Assembly (NCBI GenBank): GCA_048213135.1
Contig: PS015044.1
Location: 1 to 62,194 of the forward strand
From: Reclinomonas americana ATCC 50394
Lineage: Eukaryota
Length of the DNA: 62,194 nucleotides
Direction: 5' to 3'
Part shown: piece by piece, positions 29,701 to 43,184 of the stretch
Layout of the letters: each line of letters starts with the position of its first letter
How positions within the stretch are numbered: the first letter of the stretch is position 1
Notes under the pieces: model-generated
The model's database searches: none
Told to the model about the DNA's origin: nothing
Seen by the model: the letters and a program-made list of their open reading frames with translations, nothing else
Translations under genes and position numbers: made by a program

Positions 29701-30964
29701 CATCTCGCGGGGCAACCTGTCGCCGCGCCGGCCACCCATGCCCTCATACGGTGCTCTGCCGCTGCCGGGCCTGCACAACTCGATTTCGCCGCCCGACGAC
29801 GCCTACCCCGCGTCGGAGACGACGGACACGCTGGCGCCCAGGGCGGCCGCCGCACCTGCCGACGTTGTGGTCACGCAGTCCAAGGCNNNNNNNNNNNNNN
29901 NNNNNNNNNNNNNNNNNNNNNNNNNNNNNNNNNNNNNNNNNNNNNNNNNNNNNNNNNNNNNNNNNNNNNNNNNNNNNNNNNNNNNNNNNNNNNNNNNNNN
30001 NNNNNNNNNNNNNNNNNNNNNNNNNNNNNNNNNNNNNNNNNNNNNNNNNNNNNNNNNNNNNNNNNNNNNNNNNNNNNNNNNNNNNNNNNNNNNNNNNNNN
30101 NNNNNNNNNNNNNNNNNNNNNNNNNNNNNNNNNNNNNNNNNNNNNNNNNNNNNNNNNNNNNNNNNNNNNNNNNNNNNNNNNNNNNNNNNNNNNNNNNNNN
30201 NNNNNNNNNNNNNNNNNNNNNNNNNNNNNNNNNNNNNNNNNNNNNNNNNNNNNNNNNNNNNNNNNNNNNNNNNNNNNNNNNNNNNNNNNNNNNNNNNNNN
30301 NNNNNNNNNNNNNNNNNNNNNNNNNNNNNNNNNNNNNNNNNNNNNNNNNNNNNNNNNNNNNNNNNNNNNNNNNNNNNNNNNNNNNNNNNNNNNNNNNNNN
30401 NNNNNNNNNNNNNNNNNNNNNNNNNNNNNNNNNNNNNNNNNNNNNNNNNNNNNNNNNNNNNNNNNNNNNNNNNNNNNNNNACCGTCGCCCATGGTGGTGC
30501 CACCGCTGACACTGCCGACGCGCTCACCCTCGTCGTCACCACGACGCACCACCACCGCCACCAGCGGCGCTTCGGCATCCAAGGCCGCTGCCGCTGCCCG
30601 CACGGCGAGCAACGTGGCCTACCAGCAGCTGCGCAGCTCGGCGGCCACCACACCGCGCAGTTCGGCGACCACCACGCCTCGCGGGTCGACGGCCACTACC
30701 CCACGAGGGTCGACGGCCACCACGCCTCGCGGGTCGACGGCCACCACACCACGGGGGTCGGCGCTGAGCACACCGCGTGGCTCGACAACAGTCACCACGC
30801 CGCGCACGCTGTCGGCTCTGTCGACACCACGCAGCTCCGCGGGCACCACACCGCGCAACTTGGGCGCGGCGCCATCTCTGTCGCCTCGTCGGCCTCTGAC
30901 CGAGTCCACGACGGCGGCGGCGGCGGCGCATAAGAAGGTGCTGCCCAACCGCATTTGGAAGTAA
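23734..30964 (+). CDS. Very large hypothetical protein: helical (possibly ARM-like) N-terminal region, then long disordered S/P/K/D-rich region with TTPRGS repeats
   Basis: Phase-consistent exons at 23734-23914, 23982-24113, 24462-24557 (inverted contig), 25202-25533, 25608-25742 and 25816-26157, then long GC3-rich frames 26219-27282, 27989-29299, 29369-29886 and 30481-30964 (TAA). Interrupted by gaps. Confidence 0.7.
30640..30860 (+). repeat. Coding 24-nt tandem repeat encoding (ATTPRGST)-like octapeptides
   Basis: ATTPRSS-ATTTPRGST-ATTPRGST-ATTPRGST-ATTPRGSA-LSTPRGST..., with synonymous variation between units. Confidence 0.85.
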
Positions 30965-31739
30965 GGAGAGATGGAGGAGGAGAGGGAGAAGAGGGAGAAC
31001 TAGCCTACACTTTTTTTAAGGACATCTAATGATTTGTGAGAGTTTAGAGGGTGCAATATAAACGACAATTTTGTTTCGCAGCTGCGGGGAGGGGAAGGGG
31101 AGGAAGGGGGAAGGGGAAGGGGAAGGGGAAGGGGAAGGGGAAGGGGAAGGGGAAGGGGAAGGGCGGAGGGAGGAGAAAGAGAAGGGGATGAGACAAGAGA
31201 AGACAAGAAATAAAGAAGATTCGTCGCAGCCAGGCACAGGGAAGACCAGAAGGAGACAGACGAGGAGTACATGGAAGTTGAAGGTGAGAGCCCTGCAACT
31301 CTCACACACTTCATCCATTCTTGACAATCCAGTCACTTGCAGGTGAAGGATGAAGAGAACAGGTAACACGGGGAGAGGGAAAAGGAGAGGAACACCAGAC
31401 GGAACTTAAACCAGAGAGGAAGAAGGGAGTGAGTGATGAAGACGTGCGTTGTTCCAGACTTGCAGGAGACCGGCTTGTCGACACGAGTGAGGAACACAAC
31501 GAGGAACCTAAAGCACAAAAGGAGAGTGTAGTGATAAAAAAAAGAAACTGAAGAGAAGGATGAAGAGGTGGTGGAAAGAAGAGAGAGGTAGGAGTGCGCG
31601 GAATCTTGATTCAACGCCGGAGAGGAGGAAGGGAGCGGAAGGCATTCAAGGAGAAGGAAGAGAAGAAAGACACTGTTGAGTGTACTGCCAAGAGACCAGA
31701 ATATCAACACCATCGTGATCCACAGCCAGAGTTAGGGAA

Positions 31740-32420
31740 ATACATTCAATGACTGAATGTGCATCAGGTGGCACTCATTACAGCTCCTCTCGGCTGCACG
31801 GGGAGGAGTGAGATGAGCATTCGGGTTGACCACACGACCAATAAACAAGAGCAGACGCACCTGGCCTGCTGCTTTTGCCTCTCGCGGCGACGAGTGCGGC
31901 GTCTGTGCGACGAGTGAGTCACTGCGTGCTGCGACGTGTGCAAACAAAGGGGGAACACAAACCTGCGCACAGCCTCCTCTTCGTCATCACTAGCGCTGCT
32001 GTGATTGCTGCTGAGCAGGAGCGTGACAGCAAAAGAAGTAAGATCAACAAGGCGCACCTGGAATCGGCCTTGGCTGGGGCACTAGCAGGCGCGAAAGGGT
32101 GTGAGAAGGGATGAGGGAGGAGCAATAGATTGCACGTGTGAGCAAACCTCTCTTCAGAGATTGATGTATTGCTGGCGGGGCCGTACAACATGAGAGTGAG
32201 CACGAGGGAGATGCGAGTCAACGCAGGCTGCAAACCTGTCGTTCGACTTGGGAGCGGCACTGATGTGGCGAAGAAGTGCGTGAGACAAGAGAACGAATTG
32301 AACAGTAAGGAAACGTGTGCGAACCTCTCGGCAGACTTGGGAGCGGTGCTGCAGCAGGATCAAGTCAGCAGAATGAATCACACGCAAGAGAGACACAAAA
32401 AAGCACAACTTTGAGGCGGT
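31740..32420 (+). other. Possible fragmentary multi-exon gene
   Basis: Short AG/GT-bounded coding-like blocks (SKRSKINKAHLESALAGALA; IDVLLAGPYNMR). No complete model or family recognised. Confidence 0.2.
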
Positions 32421-32954
32421 CGACGATGCGCTGCAGCGCCAGTGAATTGTCAAACAGAATCTCCGACGACAGGAAGCACCACCGACACAAACCTCGACGA
32501 CTCCTCTGCGGGCTTGTGAGACTTGCTGCTACTGTACGCACGACACAACTCGTAAGACGGAGACCAAGGTATACACTCCACAACCACTTCTGTCGTCACA
32601 CCTCGCGCTGGCTGCTGCAGTCTCGGTCGCCGACGAGCTGCATAGAGATGAAAGGTAAGCAATGGCGACAAGAAAGTCGCGTGTCAATGTCAGCACACCT
32701 TGCACTCTCGGCAAGCGGCGCATCACTGCACAGAGAGTATTAGAGAGGAAGCACGTGAAGTAATACTCATTGATTAGACTCACTTTGTTTCCTTGACGGG
32801 ACGCACGAGGCTGCAGTCGAGAGTGCACAATAGGTGAGCACTCATCCACAAAAACGAACCGAAAGCACTGCATCCTACCTCTCCAGCGAGTCGGTACTGC
32901 GTGTATCAGCGTAGGTCAGCAACGACCAACATATTTAGCACGGAGCACTTGAGG

Positions 32955-35900
32955 TCACCTGACGGGCATGCGATCGAGCGACGTGAATGCCAGCATGTAG
33001 AAGCGAACCATTTCGCCGAGGTTATAGAAGCTCAGTCGCTCGTCAATACTGCACACAACACTCATTAATGTCAGTCGCGAAGTGTTGCCGAGCTCATCGC
33101 GCGCACAACTCACCCATGCATGCGAGCTTGCTCCTCCAGTGGCGTGAGGGCCGGACTGCGGGTCAGGTAGAGTGAGAGAGACGGAGAAAAGAAGAAACAA
33201 CGCGCGCAACAACATTTTCACAATCAGAACACGAGCGTTAGCAACTGACATGTAACAGAGAAGCACCCTCATGGGAGTGACGCGATTGCGAGAGAGTTGG
33301 AAGCAAGAGGGAATGAACAACAACCAGCAGATGACGGAAAGAAAAAATGAGCACTGGCGTGCAAAAGAGCATCAAAACAGTGAGTAACCTCAACGTGGCA
33401 GAAGAAACAAGTGAGAGAACAACCGCAGACGACGGAGGTAGGGAACCGGCAATGGCGTCGCAAATAGAGCAACACAACACTTGAGCAACCTCAAAACATT
33501 AGCGACTAAACAAGCGAGAGAATTATCACAGATGAGAGCAAGAGGAAATGTGCAATGGTAACCAAAGAGCATCAACACAATGAGCACACTCAAACATGAG
33601 AGAAGAAACAAGCACGACAGCAACGACTTTCTCGAATAGTGTGCCACAGAAATGGAGCACCAGTTGCAGTCTTCTCACTCCCGCCACGCAACGTAAAACG
33701 ATACACATGCTGCGACGTCTTGACATAGTATCGCGCATCAGTCAGACCGAAAGCAAAGTGCGGCACCACCTGTGCATTGTAGTGGTGTCAGCACGCAAGC
33801 TCCCTCCCTCCTTTCCAAAATCAGGGGCACGCACCGACGTATTCGGGCGGAACGTGTTGATCAGGGAGCTGAAATAGCGGAAGACTGGTGAATCGCTCGG
33901 CGACGGGCGTGTCGGGTTGCACTTGAAAGCTGTTATCACCAGTGAGATAGCAGGAAAACGGCTGCATCCAGAGAAAGGGGGACGCAACAACCCGGGGCCG
34001 GCTGTACTTGCACGCTGCTCAGATCGTTCTTTCGCAGCAGCGTGGTAACCCACTCTTGCACGTCCTCCATGGTCTGACCAGGCAGCATGCGGCAATTCAC
34101 GAGGATCTGCGAAGCTCGGTCAGCCCATGACTCGGCGGAGAGGCGAGTGAAATCGCATGAATGCAACTTTGCCCTGCGTCGGCACCACATTGAAAGCGAC
34201 GCCACCGCTGACCATTGTCGGCACACACGACGAGCGGAGGAGAGGGCGGATGCGCGGGCTGCGAGGAGTGGTAAAAAAGAGTGTCAGCGGTGGCAATGAT
34301 GGAGAGAACTCACTCGATGCTTACTTTTTGTACAGATGGCGCATGAGAAGTGGCTCCGACAGCCACATGTTGGAGAGAGCGACTTGCTCCACCAGCGAGA
34401 GGTGCGGGAACTGCGCGGCATGACCGAGTCAAATTCATCGTGCAAGCATCAAGCAAAGTGCCACCAACGACGCACCAAATTCTCCAACATGTGCTGCAAC
34501 TGCGGCGTCATCACCAGCGGCATCGAGGTCGTCTCGATGAGATGCATGACGCGTCCCAGCTGCAATCAATGGGTGAGAGATATAGAGACACAGCGGGCGG
34601 GAGACAGATGGAGAACCTTGCCGAGAGCGCTGCGCGGCGGTGGAGAAGCGGCATGTCCACCGACGCCGTACACGGTGATTTCGAGTGTGACGACGCCCTT
34701 TTCCGTCATCGCTGCAACAATGACACGTCGCGTTACATTCGTGTGGTTGAACGGGGAGGAGAAGGGGGGAGAGGACCAAACCAATAAAGGCAGGCGGATG
34801 TTCAGAAATGCCGTCGATCATGTCGGGAGAGAACTGGCCGCCCTCGTCCAGAACCATCTGTGCAGGAGAGAAGAAGGGTCGATTAGGGGAAGGACATCTA
34901 TCACGGGTGATGCAAGACACCGGCATAAACAGTTACAAAAAGAACTCAAGCACACATGTACATACATCCACAAATGGACACAATCATCATTCTGTCCCTC
35001 TCAATCCAACACACATCACTGCATGCAGCGCCGCACCTCAAACTCAATCCCGCGCTTGTAGAACAGCTCGCTGATATGCGCCGCTCCGTCACGACCTGCC
35101 CCACAAACACCGCATTTCAGGAGGGGGGTTCAACACACACAGCATGAGCTGCGTGCAACAACTGCGCACCGCCAATCTCCTCATCCGCGCCAAAGGCGAG
35201 GTACACGGTGCGAGCGGGCTGCACACCGGCTGCCAGCAGGTGCTCCACGGCCTCCAGGAGAGCGATGGCGGAGCCCTTGTCGTCGAACGATCCTGGAGGG
35301 GGAAAGGAAGGGATTAGAGAACATGAGGGCGATGATGGAGGGAAAGGAGAGATGACTTGGTTGTGGAGGGGCGACGAGCGCACACGCATTGCGTGAACAG
35401 AGTGGAGAGAGACATACGATGGATCACAAACATGGTTACGGGAAGGACTGCAGTAAGATACACACATTGCATCTGTGGGACTTGCTTGTGAGAGAGACGG
35501 GTTCTCAGAAGGAAATATCACTTGACAGACGAAATCTTCAAGTGCAAAGAACAGTGTGGAAATAACGGAGAGCACTTTGCGAATCCAGGATAGAGGAGCG
35601 CAGATTCGAGAGAGACAAGAGCTGAAGGGGTACTCAACATGAAGATTTACTTGACAGAAAAAGGCCAAGTGCAAAGAACATGAGTGCTGCGGAACAACAG
35701 AGAGCACCATGCGAGTTGAGGATAGCGGAGCGCAGATTCGAGAGAGGCGGGGTCTCTGAAGAAAGATACAACTTGACAGAAAAAGACGTCAAGTGCGAAG
35801 AACACGAGTGCTGTGGAATACCAGAATAGAGGAGCGCAGACTTGAGACAGACAAGAGCTGACGGGTTCTCTGCAGATGTCACATGATGGAAGAAGACTAC

Positions 35901-36928
35901 AAGTGCAAAGAGCAATATGGAATAATAGAGAGCACCGTGCGAGTGGAGGATCGAGGAGCGCAGCGTCGAGAGAGACGGGCTCTCCGAAGCAAGATATCAC
36001 TTGGACTCCAAGTGCAAAGAACGCTGCGGAACAACAGAGAGCACCATGCGAGTTGAGGATAGCGGAGCGCAGATTCGAGAGAGACGCGCTCTCTGCAGAA
36101 AGATACAACTTGACAGAAAAAAAGACGCCAAGTGCGAAGAACAAGAGTGCTGTGAAATTCCAGAATAGAGGAGCGCAGACTTGAGACAGACAAGAGCTGA
36201 CGGGTTCTCTGCAGAAAGATTATCACAAGATGGAAGAAGGCTTCAAGCGCAAAGAGCACTGGGGAACAACAGAGAGTTGAGGATAGAGGAGCGCAGCGTC
36301 GAGAGAGACGGGCTCCCTGAAGAAAGATATCACTTGCACTACAAGTGCAAAGAACACTGTGGAAAAAACGGAGAGCAGCCTGCAAGTTGAGGAAAGAGGA
36401 AAGAGTTGCCGAGAGTAAAGGAGAACACTGGCTGGGGAGAGTATCGCGCACTCCCTCCACGTACCTCGCCCGTACACAAACTCGTGGGTCAGCTCGCCAA
36501 ACGGATTCATCGTCCAGGCGTTGCGCGTCTCCTCGGCCACCGGCACCACATCGAGGTGGGCGGCGAAGAGGACCGGCTTGTGCGGTGCTGTGACAATGCC
36601 AGTCGGTTGTCGGGGCACGCTACTTACTTGCAGATGTGGGAGTGACGCAACAGGTGCTCTTCCACTCGTACACGACGTTGAAACCGTTGACAAACTCCCG
36701 ACGCAAATGCCGGTGCACCAGCGGGTACGTTTCCCGGATCCATTCGTGCAGGCGAGTGAATTCGGCATCGAGATGCTTGCCGGGGCGTGAGCTGATGGTC
36801 TGTTGGATGTTGAGGAGAAAGAATAGGAAAGGAGAGTGGATGCAAGGAAAGATAACCTCAAAGCTGATGGCTTGCAGGAGGTGGTTGGCGACCTCGGAGA
36901 TGTCGAAGGTTGGGAGGTTGGCGGTGGC
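32955..36928 (-). CDS. M20 family metallopeptidase (PM20D1 / carboxypeptidase S-like); N-terminal exon(s) not located
   Basis: Spliced motifs KPVLFAAHLDVVP, YGRGSFDDKG, LAFGADEEIGG, MVLDEGG, EKG...GGHAASPP, GLTDARYY, YRFTP, MHGIDERLS; TGA at 32955. Confidence 0.92.
35470..36400. repeat. Intronic composite satellite (GAGGAGCGCAGA-TCGAGAGAGAC / CAAGTGCAAAGAAC units)
   Basis: Repeated blocks with higher-order duplication inside the long M20 intron. Confidence 0.85.
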
Positions 36929-37037
36929 CTGCGGGGAGGAGAACGGGAAAGGGGAAGTGAGTGCGAGGCTGCATCTCTCTCACGCAAGCACACTATCTAT
37001 CACAGTGTTGCATTTTCCGCAGTTGCACGCGCGCGCT

Positions 37038-37068
<31 letters not shown>

Positions 37069-37612
37069 GCGTGAGGTTGAACGCATTTGGCTCCACTCTT
37101 GTATGCACTGCGATGAACTGTGTGCGTGAAAGAAAGAAAGGAGAGAGAGAGAGGGAACGACGGAAGGAAAGAGACAAGTTGTCTTGGTGAGTTACAGTCT
37201 CCTCACTCGAATGCACACCGACGCAACCCTCTCTATCCTTCTCTCCGCTCTCCCGCTGTATCACATGCACGTCACAGTGCATTCAAGAGCGGAGACAAAC
37301 ACGTGTCGCTCTCACTGATGCAATGCAAAGCACAGTTACTCATTTTCACTCGCTACAAGTTAGGCGCACATGCAACAGGGGAACATAATGCGTCTCTCTT
37401 CACCTTCTCACACATCATCATAAATCACGATGCAAGCAACAGCGCAGAATGCAACATACCACTTGTCTGTTTCCCTCTGGAGATGCAAAATAACTCTCTC
37501 ACTGCACGTCACAGTGCATGCAGCAGCGGAGAATGCAGCTCACGAATGCCTTCTCTCTATCAGTCACAATGCATGCAACAGCGGACAATGCAGCAGTCCC
37601 TCTCTTTCTCTC

Positions 37613-37647
<35 letters not shown>

Positions 37648-37701
37648 CAATCGATCACAATGCATGCAACGGCGGAGAATGCAACAGTTTCTCTCCCTCT
37701 G

Positions 37702-37785
<84 letters not shown>

Positions 37786-38180
37786 NNNNNNNNNNNNNNN
37801 NNNNNNNNNNNNNNNNNNNNNNNNNNNNNNNNNNNNNNNNNNNNNNNNNNNNNNNNNNNNNNNNNNNNNNNNNNNNNNNNNNNNNNNNNNNNNNNNNNNN
37901 NNNNNNNNNNNNNNNNNNNNNNNNNNNNNNNNNNNNNNNNNNNNNNNNNNNNNNNNNNNNNNNNNNNNNNNNNNNNNNNNNNNNNNNNNNNNNNNNNNNN
38001 NNNNNNNNNNNNNNNNNNNNNNNNNNNNNNNNNNNNNNNNNNNNNNNNNNNNNNNNNNNNNNNNNNNNNNNNNNNNNNNNNNNNNNNNNNNNNNNNNNNN
38101 NNNNNNNNNNNNNNNNNNNNNNNNNNNNNNNNNNNNNNNNNNNNNNNNNNNNNNNNNNNNNNNNNNNNNNNNNNNNNNNN

Positions 38181-39170
38181 GTCGGGAGATGGAAGAGGAG
38201 AGTGAGGGAGGAGAGGAAGAAGAAGAAGCTGAGGAGGAAGTCTCAGTCATGTTGCGCGGGAAAACAAAAATCCGAACAGAGGACATGAGCTTTGAAGGGG
38301 CTGTGCAGGGTGGGCGTGCATGCTCACTGCTGTGCGTAATGGCTGGAATCTTGTACACTCAGTGATGCAAAGTTTGCAATGTGCAGTTTGTGTTCTTCCG
38401 CATCATGAGAGCGCGAAAAGCCCACCACCACAATCACCAACACAGACAGCGATAAGCGGAACTGGCGGGAGATGGAAGAGGAGAGTGAGGGAGGAGAGGA
38501 AGAGGAAGCAGAAGAGGAGGAAGTCTCAGTCATTGTTGCGCGGGAAATCGCTAGTTACCGATTGGTATACTTAGGTTTCCAGAGTGAGAAACGACCAGGA
38601 GCCACTTCAATATTAATGTCCTTTCAGTTGTCCTGTTCGTCTTGGAGTAACCCTTGTTTCCTCCTGTTCCCGGATCTGTCGGTGCCCGTGCGCACCTCGT
38701 CTATCTCCACGTCCTTAATCTATCGGCGAAAGCCAACGATTCTTGTGCGTGAGTAATTGATAAGTATTCTGGGACGGGAGAGGCAAAAGACTGGTGCTAC
38801 GACCCACCATGGTCATCTATTAGCCAGTGTATGTCCTCTTCGCAAGAGGAGGACACAAGCAAATGAAAGATGCCCCGTCTTATTGGTGACTGGTCGTTCA
38901 CTAGTGGAAAATAAAAATCCTAACAGAGGACACGATCTTTTGGGGCTGTGCAGGGTGTGTGTGCGTGCTCACTGCTGTGCCTGTGAGCTGCGATATTATA
39001 CACTCAATGATGCAAAGTTTGCCATCAGTGCAGTTTGTGTTCTTCCGTGATCGCGTAACGTCGACGTCGACAACTTGCAATTGCAATTGTTGATGAGCGT
39101 GAAGCCACCAACGCAGACATCGGCAGGCGGAACTCTCGAGAGATGGAAGATGAGAGTGAGGGTGGAGAGG
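38181..39170. repeat. Tandem copies of a roughly 290-bp repeat family; a further partial copy at about 42690-42765
   Basis: GGAGATGGAAGAGGAGAGTGAGG...GAGGAGGAAGTCTCAGTCAT-GTTGCGCGGGAAAA-AAAAATCC-AACAG...GATGCAAAGTTTGC...GTGCAGTTTGTGTTCTTCCG recurs. Confidence 0.85.
38548..38905. mobile_element. 358-bp insertion flanked by a 5-bp direct repeat GGAAA
   Basis: The uninterrupted copy reads GCG-GGAAA-ACAAAAATCC (about 38256). The second copy reads GCG-GGAAA-[TCGCTAGT...CACTAGT]-GGAAA-ATAAAAATCC. Confidence 0.65.
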
Positions 39171-39484
39171 AGTGTCAGTGGCCGCCAGCTGCTTGCCCTG
39201 TGGCGCTTTCTGCTCTCTTCTCGCGAGACGAAGCAAACCTACCATACTAGTCACACGGCGCTATAGCACAGAAGTGGCGCTGTGCCTGTAGAGGCACGTA
39301 CTGCAATATACATATTCGAATTCTGACTGGACGTCGACAGAATTATGTAATGAATAAGCTCCATTATACTGTGTGTGCATGCGCAACAGCACTCACTCGC
39401 GATCGCTGGCGACTGTCAAACAGGCGGTCGACCCGGATCCACGTATCATATGCATGTGCCCACGACAACTGACCACCTGCTGCA

Positions 39485-42338
39485 CTATATATGTACGTCC
39501 CCAGCAGCCGGTACCGCTAAGAGCGGCTGACGATCTGCGACACGTGTCAGCAACAGGAGAGGAATAGCAGCTGCATGGATGCTCACTCACCATATACACC
39601 GAGTTCAACATCGGGCAACGGACTGCTATTCGACAGAATATCCACCACATCAAGTGGGTGCCAGAAATGCAATCGCACAAAAACGCCGACAACAGCAACG
39701 GCACAGCAGACGTCGAACAGACGGCCGACAGTATCGTACAAGTCATGATCCATTTTCGCCTGTGCCTTCGCTTCCAGCACAACAATCGACACAAACAGAG
39801 CGCCGACGACTGCAAGTACCACCACGGAGCCGATCAACAATATGAGTCTCACTCGCTCAGTCGGATCCGGACCAACTCGGCGCTCAACGTGTAGACGAGT
39901 CATTGCAATCGTACTCTCAGCGATTGACAGCACGAACACGCCGGCGGTCAGCCAGCCAATAAACGAGCTGGGATCCAGTGCGGCAGTGCCAGAGAGGCGC
40001 GGGGAAAATATCACGGACCACGTACACGTAGCAAATATAGCAACGGCTGCAGAAATGAGAAAGACATGAGCGATGACTCGATAACGAACAACGGACGACT
40101 CAACTAGACGCATATTTCTACGCACCGATCATTACTCGTCGGAAAAAACCATGCATGACCGATGCACGTCCAAGTTGCAGGAAAGCATGACTGGAGGCAG
40201 CGGAAATGCCAGCGAGTAACATGTAGCACAAAAGTCCCTGTTGTCGCTTGTGACGCAGAACTTGCAAGACGTCATCGGAAGTCGACGAAAATGTAATCAT
40301 CAGCGCCAGCACGAAAGGCGGAAGACTGGTTGCACCGAGATGAAGGAGACGACCAAACGCCAAGAAATACAGCCTGTCACAACAAGAACGTTCAGACCCT
40401 GGATAAATGCGGAAACCAGCAATTTCTCTGTACAACAGCAGGGATGTCAACATTAACAACTCGCTGACAAAATTTTCAACACGCATCTCGAAAAGAGACG
40501 TACTTTCGGTCGCCGACTGAAAAACTAAGAGCGTACAACGCTGTTGCGTACGCAACGAACATGATCACGTAAATGACGTACATCGTGTACGAAAAAGCAA
40601 AGCACTTAGCGTAGTTGCACGATGGGTTACTGAACACTCGCCACAATCCGCCGTCACATTGGTACAAGGCAACAGACTGTCCCCTCGGTGCGAACATGCA
40701 TCTCCCGCCACCGCCACTGTTGTCACCGTTAACGTTCGCACACCACGCACATGGTCCGTACTCAGAACATTGACTCAGTGACGCAGACTCGCATGAAGTT
40801 GCATTCAGCTGGCGCGGGCAATCCAGACGCCACGCTCCATCAGGATCCGCATGGCTCTTGAGCACATAACTTGTAATCAAGAAAACAACAGCAATCCCGA
40901 CAAGTCCAGCTGCAACGAGAGCCAAGCACCGCGGCCGACACGATAGGCGCCCGTCTATCATGCCACGCGCTTTCTCTTCCACGTTGACCAGTGTCCTTTC
41001 ATCGAGAAGACCTGCATGCTCACATGTTGGACAATAAGAGCAGACGACGGCGTCGCAGCCCATCAATCACCAAGTGCATATGATTCAGTTTGGCGTATAC
41101 GTACCATCACGAGCCGCATCAAGTTCCTCCAGGAGCCGTTGCTGGATGGCGTTCGGCAAATGGAGAGCAATCACGAGGTGGTGGAGACGTCCGCGATTGT
41201 TGGCGGTGCCAGATTCTCCAAGAATACTGCGAAGATCGTCCGGCGAGCCGTTGTGACTGACGCCGTTCCGAAACAGGCGAAGCTCGCCCACAGCTGCAAT
41301 CTGTTGCGCATCGACCATGACGACACAGCACAAGTGTGCACACGAGCACGCACTCACATACACCAAGAAAAATGGAACATGCACTGCACCTGTTTCTCAT
41401 CGGTAAGGACACGACGGACGTGGCCAGTGGGAGACACGACGACACCATATAGAAGAATAGCCGAAGCAGTGGCGGTGTCAAGCAACGACGGAAGACGACG
41501 CGTGTCCTTAGCCCATTCCTGCAGGTAATTCCTTGCTTCGTCTGATATCCTCGCACCGACTCGCATATACAGGGTTCTGTTGGCCAAGTGTACATGAGCA
41601 AATCCAGTTGCGATGCCGACGTCATGCATGAAGTACAGAGAAACTTGATCGATACGTACACAGACGACCGCAGCGTTCCTCTGAACACACAAGAGCTCTC
41701 GAGGGTACTAGTTATAAAGCTCGAGCTCGTATCACGGTACGCATACGACACGCTGCGCATTCGCAACTATCATGATCCAACAACATGTACACCAACATGC
41801 AGCAACTGTACGCGTACGCTTTTAAAAGATGTCACTCGTTTCTGTGTGTACTGTATGTGCGTGTGCCCAGCTGCAGCGTGCCTCAGCGAGTGTGTCAACC
41901 TATCGATACTCTCGCTAGCGCTGCGCGCAGCGTGTGAAGAATGCACCGGTACCCGTGTGCCTGTAACAAAGTCTTGCTTACACACAAGCTGCGCTTAACG
42001 TGCACAGGAACCAACCTAGGGTCCCGCGAGCCACCGGTGAATGGTTTCACCCACTCATCGAAATGATTGACGCCTGCACCCTCTGGTAATGCGAGAAAGA
42101 GGGAGAGGAAAATTTGGACTACGTGTTGTAGCGCCCGCTGCACTGGACCACTGACAGCGGAGAAACAGCGAACAGATGCCGCTCTGCATGCACAGAGCTC
42201 GTGAGTCAAGAAGATTTTGTCAACGTTGGCCATGGCCACACTCTTACGCAGCACGGGCACTCACGACACTGGTAGTTGCCTGCGAGCGCCGAATGGCGTT
42301 TCCTCCTGAATACTCCCATAGTCTGCGGCGGAGGCCAT
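39485..42338 (-). CDS. Hypothetical multipass membrane protein with a Cys-rich (PSI-like) extracellular loop
   Basis: Putative start MASAADYGSIQEE at 42338. ORFs 41085-41384, 40476-41066, 40118-40555 and 39583-40125 join via phase-compatible short introns. SCESASLSQCSEYGPCAWCAN...RCM is followed by many hydrophobic helices. Confidence 0.6.
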
Positions 42339-42790
42339 TATGGTTCACACTCACACAATAAAACACACAAATTCAGCAACTTGTCGTCTTTTGTCAGGTT
42401 TTGCGTGTCGTCGGATTTGGAGAAAAAACGACAGCAACAAAACTTGTCCAAAGCAATACAACTGACAACAACCATCTCCCCTCCCTTTCCATTATTATAT
42501 ATTATTACTTTCTAGTAGAAGGAAAGAAGGATAAGGTTTCCCCCTCCCCTTTTCCAACGTCGACGTCAACAGCCCGCGATCGATCGATCGCGAGCCCGGC
42601 CCATGTCGTCACCCATTGACAAGCAGCCATCACCCATCGACCCTGGCCATCGACCATAATCGACAATCATCCAGCAGCAGGTGGTCTCTCGCAATGAGGA
42701 AGAAGAAGAAGCGGAGGAGGAAGTCTCTGTCATTGTTGCGCGGGAAAACAAATATCCGAACAGGACGGACTTGGGAAGAGGGAAGGCGAG

Positions 42791-42852
<62 letters not shown>

Positions 42853-43127
42853 CGTGCTAGTTGGTGGTCGGTCGTACGTACGTACGTAGTAGTTCGACGT
42901 ACGTTCCTACCTAACCGTACGTAAGGTTAAAGGTTTTCGACCTAAACGTTNNNNNNNNNNNNNNNNNNNNNNNNNNNNNNNNNNNNNNNNNNNNNNNNNN
43001 NNNNNNNNNNNNNNNNNNNNNNNNCCGGTACCGTCCTCGTCGTCTCGTTTCGTTGTCTGTACCGTACCGTACTACCGCCGTTCGGTCGGTACGTACGACG
43101 ACGGGTAGGTAGGAGGAGGAGGAGAGG

Positions 43128-43184
<57 letters not shown>

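Noticed and set aside
34318-34330. In-frame TAA in the M20 gene suggesting stop-codon reassignment
   Set aside because: The TAA lies in the A|GTAAGC donor of a phase-2 intron, and other genes end in TAA or TGA normally.
42575-42592. Perfect palindrome CGCGATCGATCGATCGCG
   Set aside because: A short GATC-repeat-derived palindrome with no supporting context.
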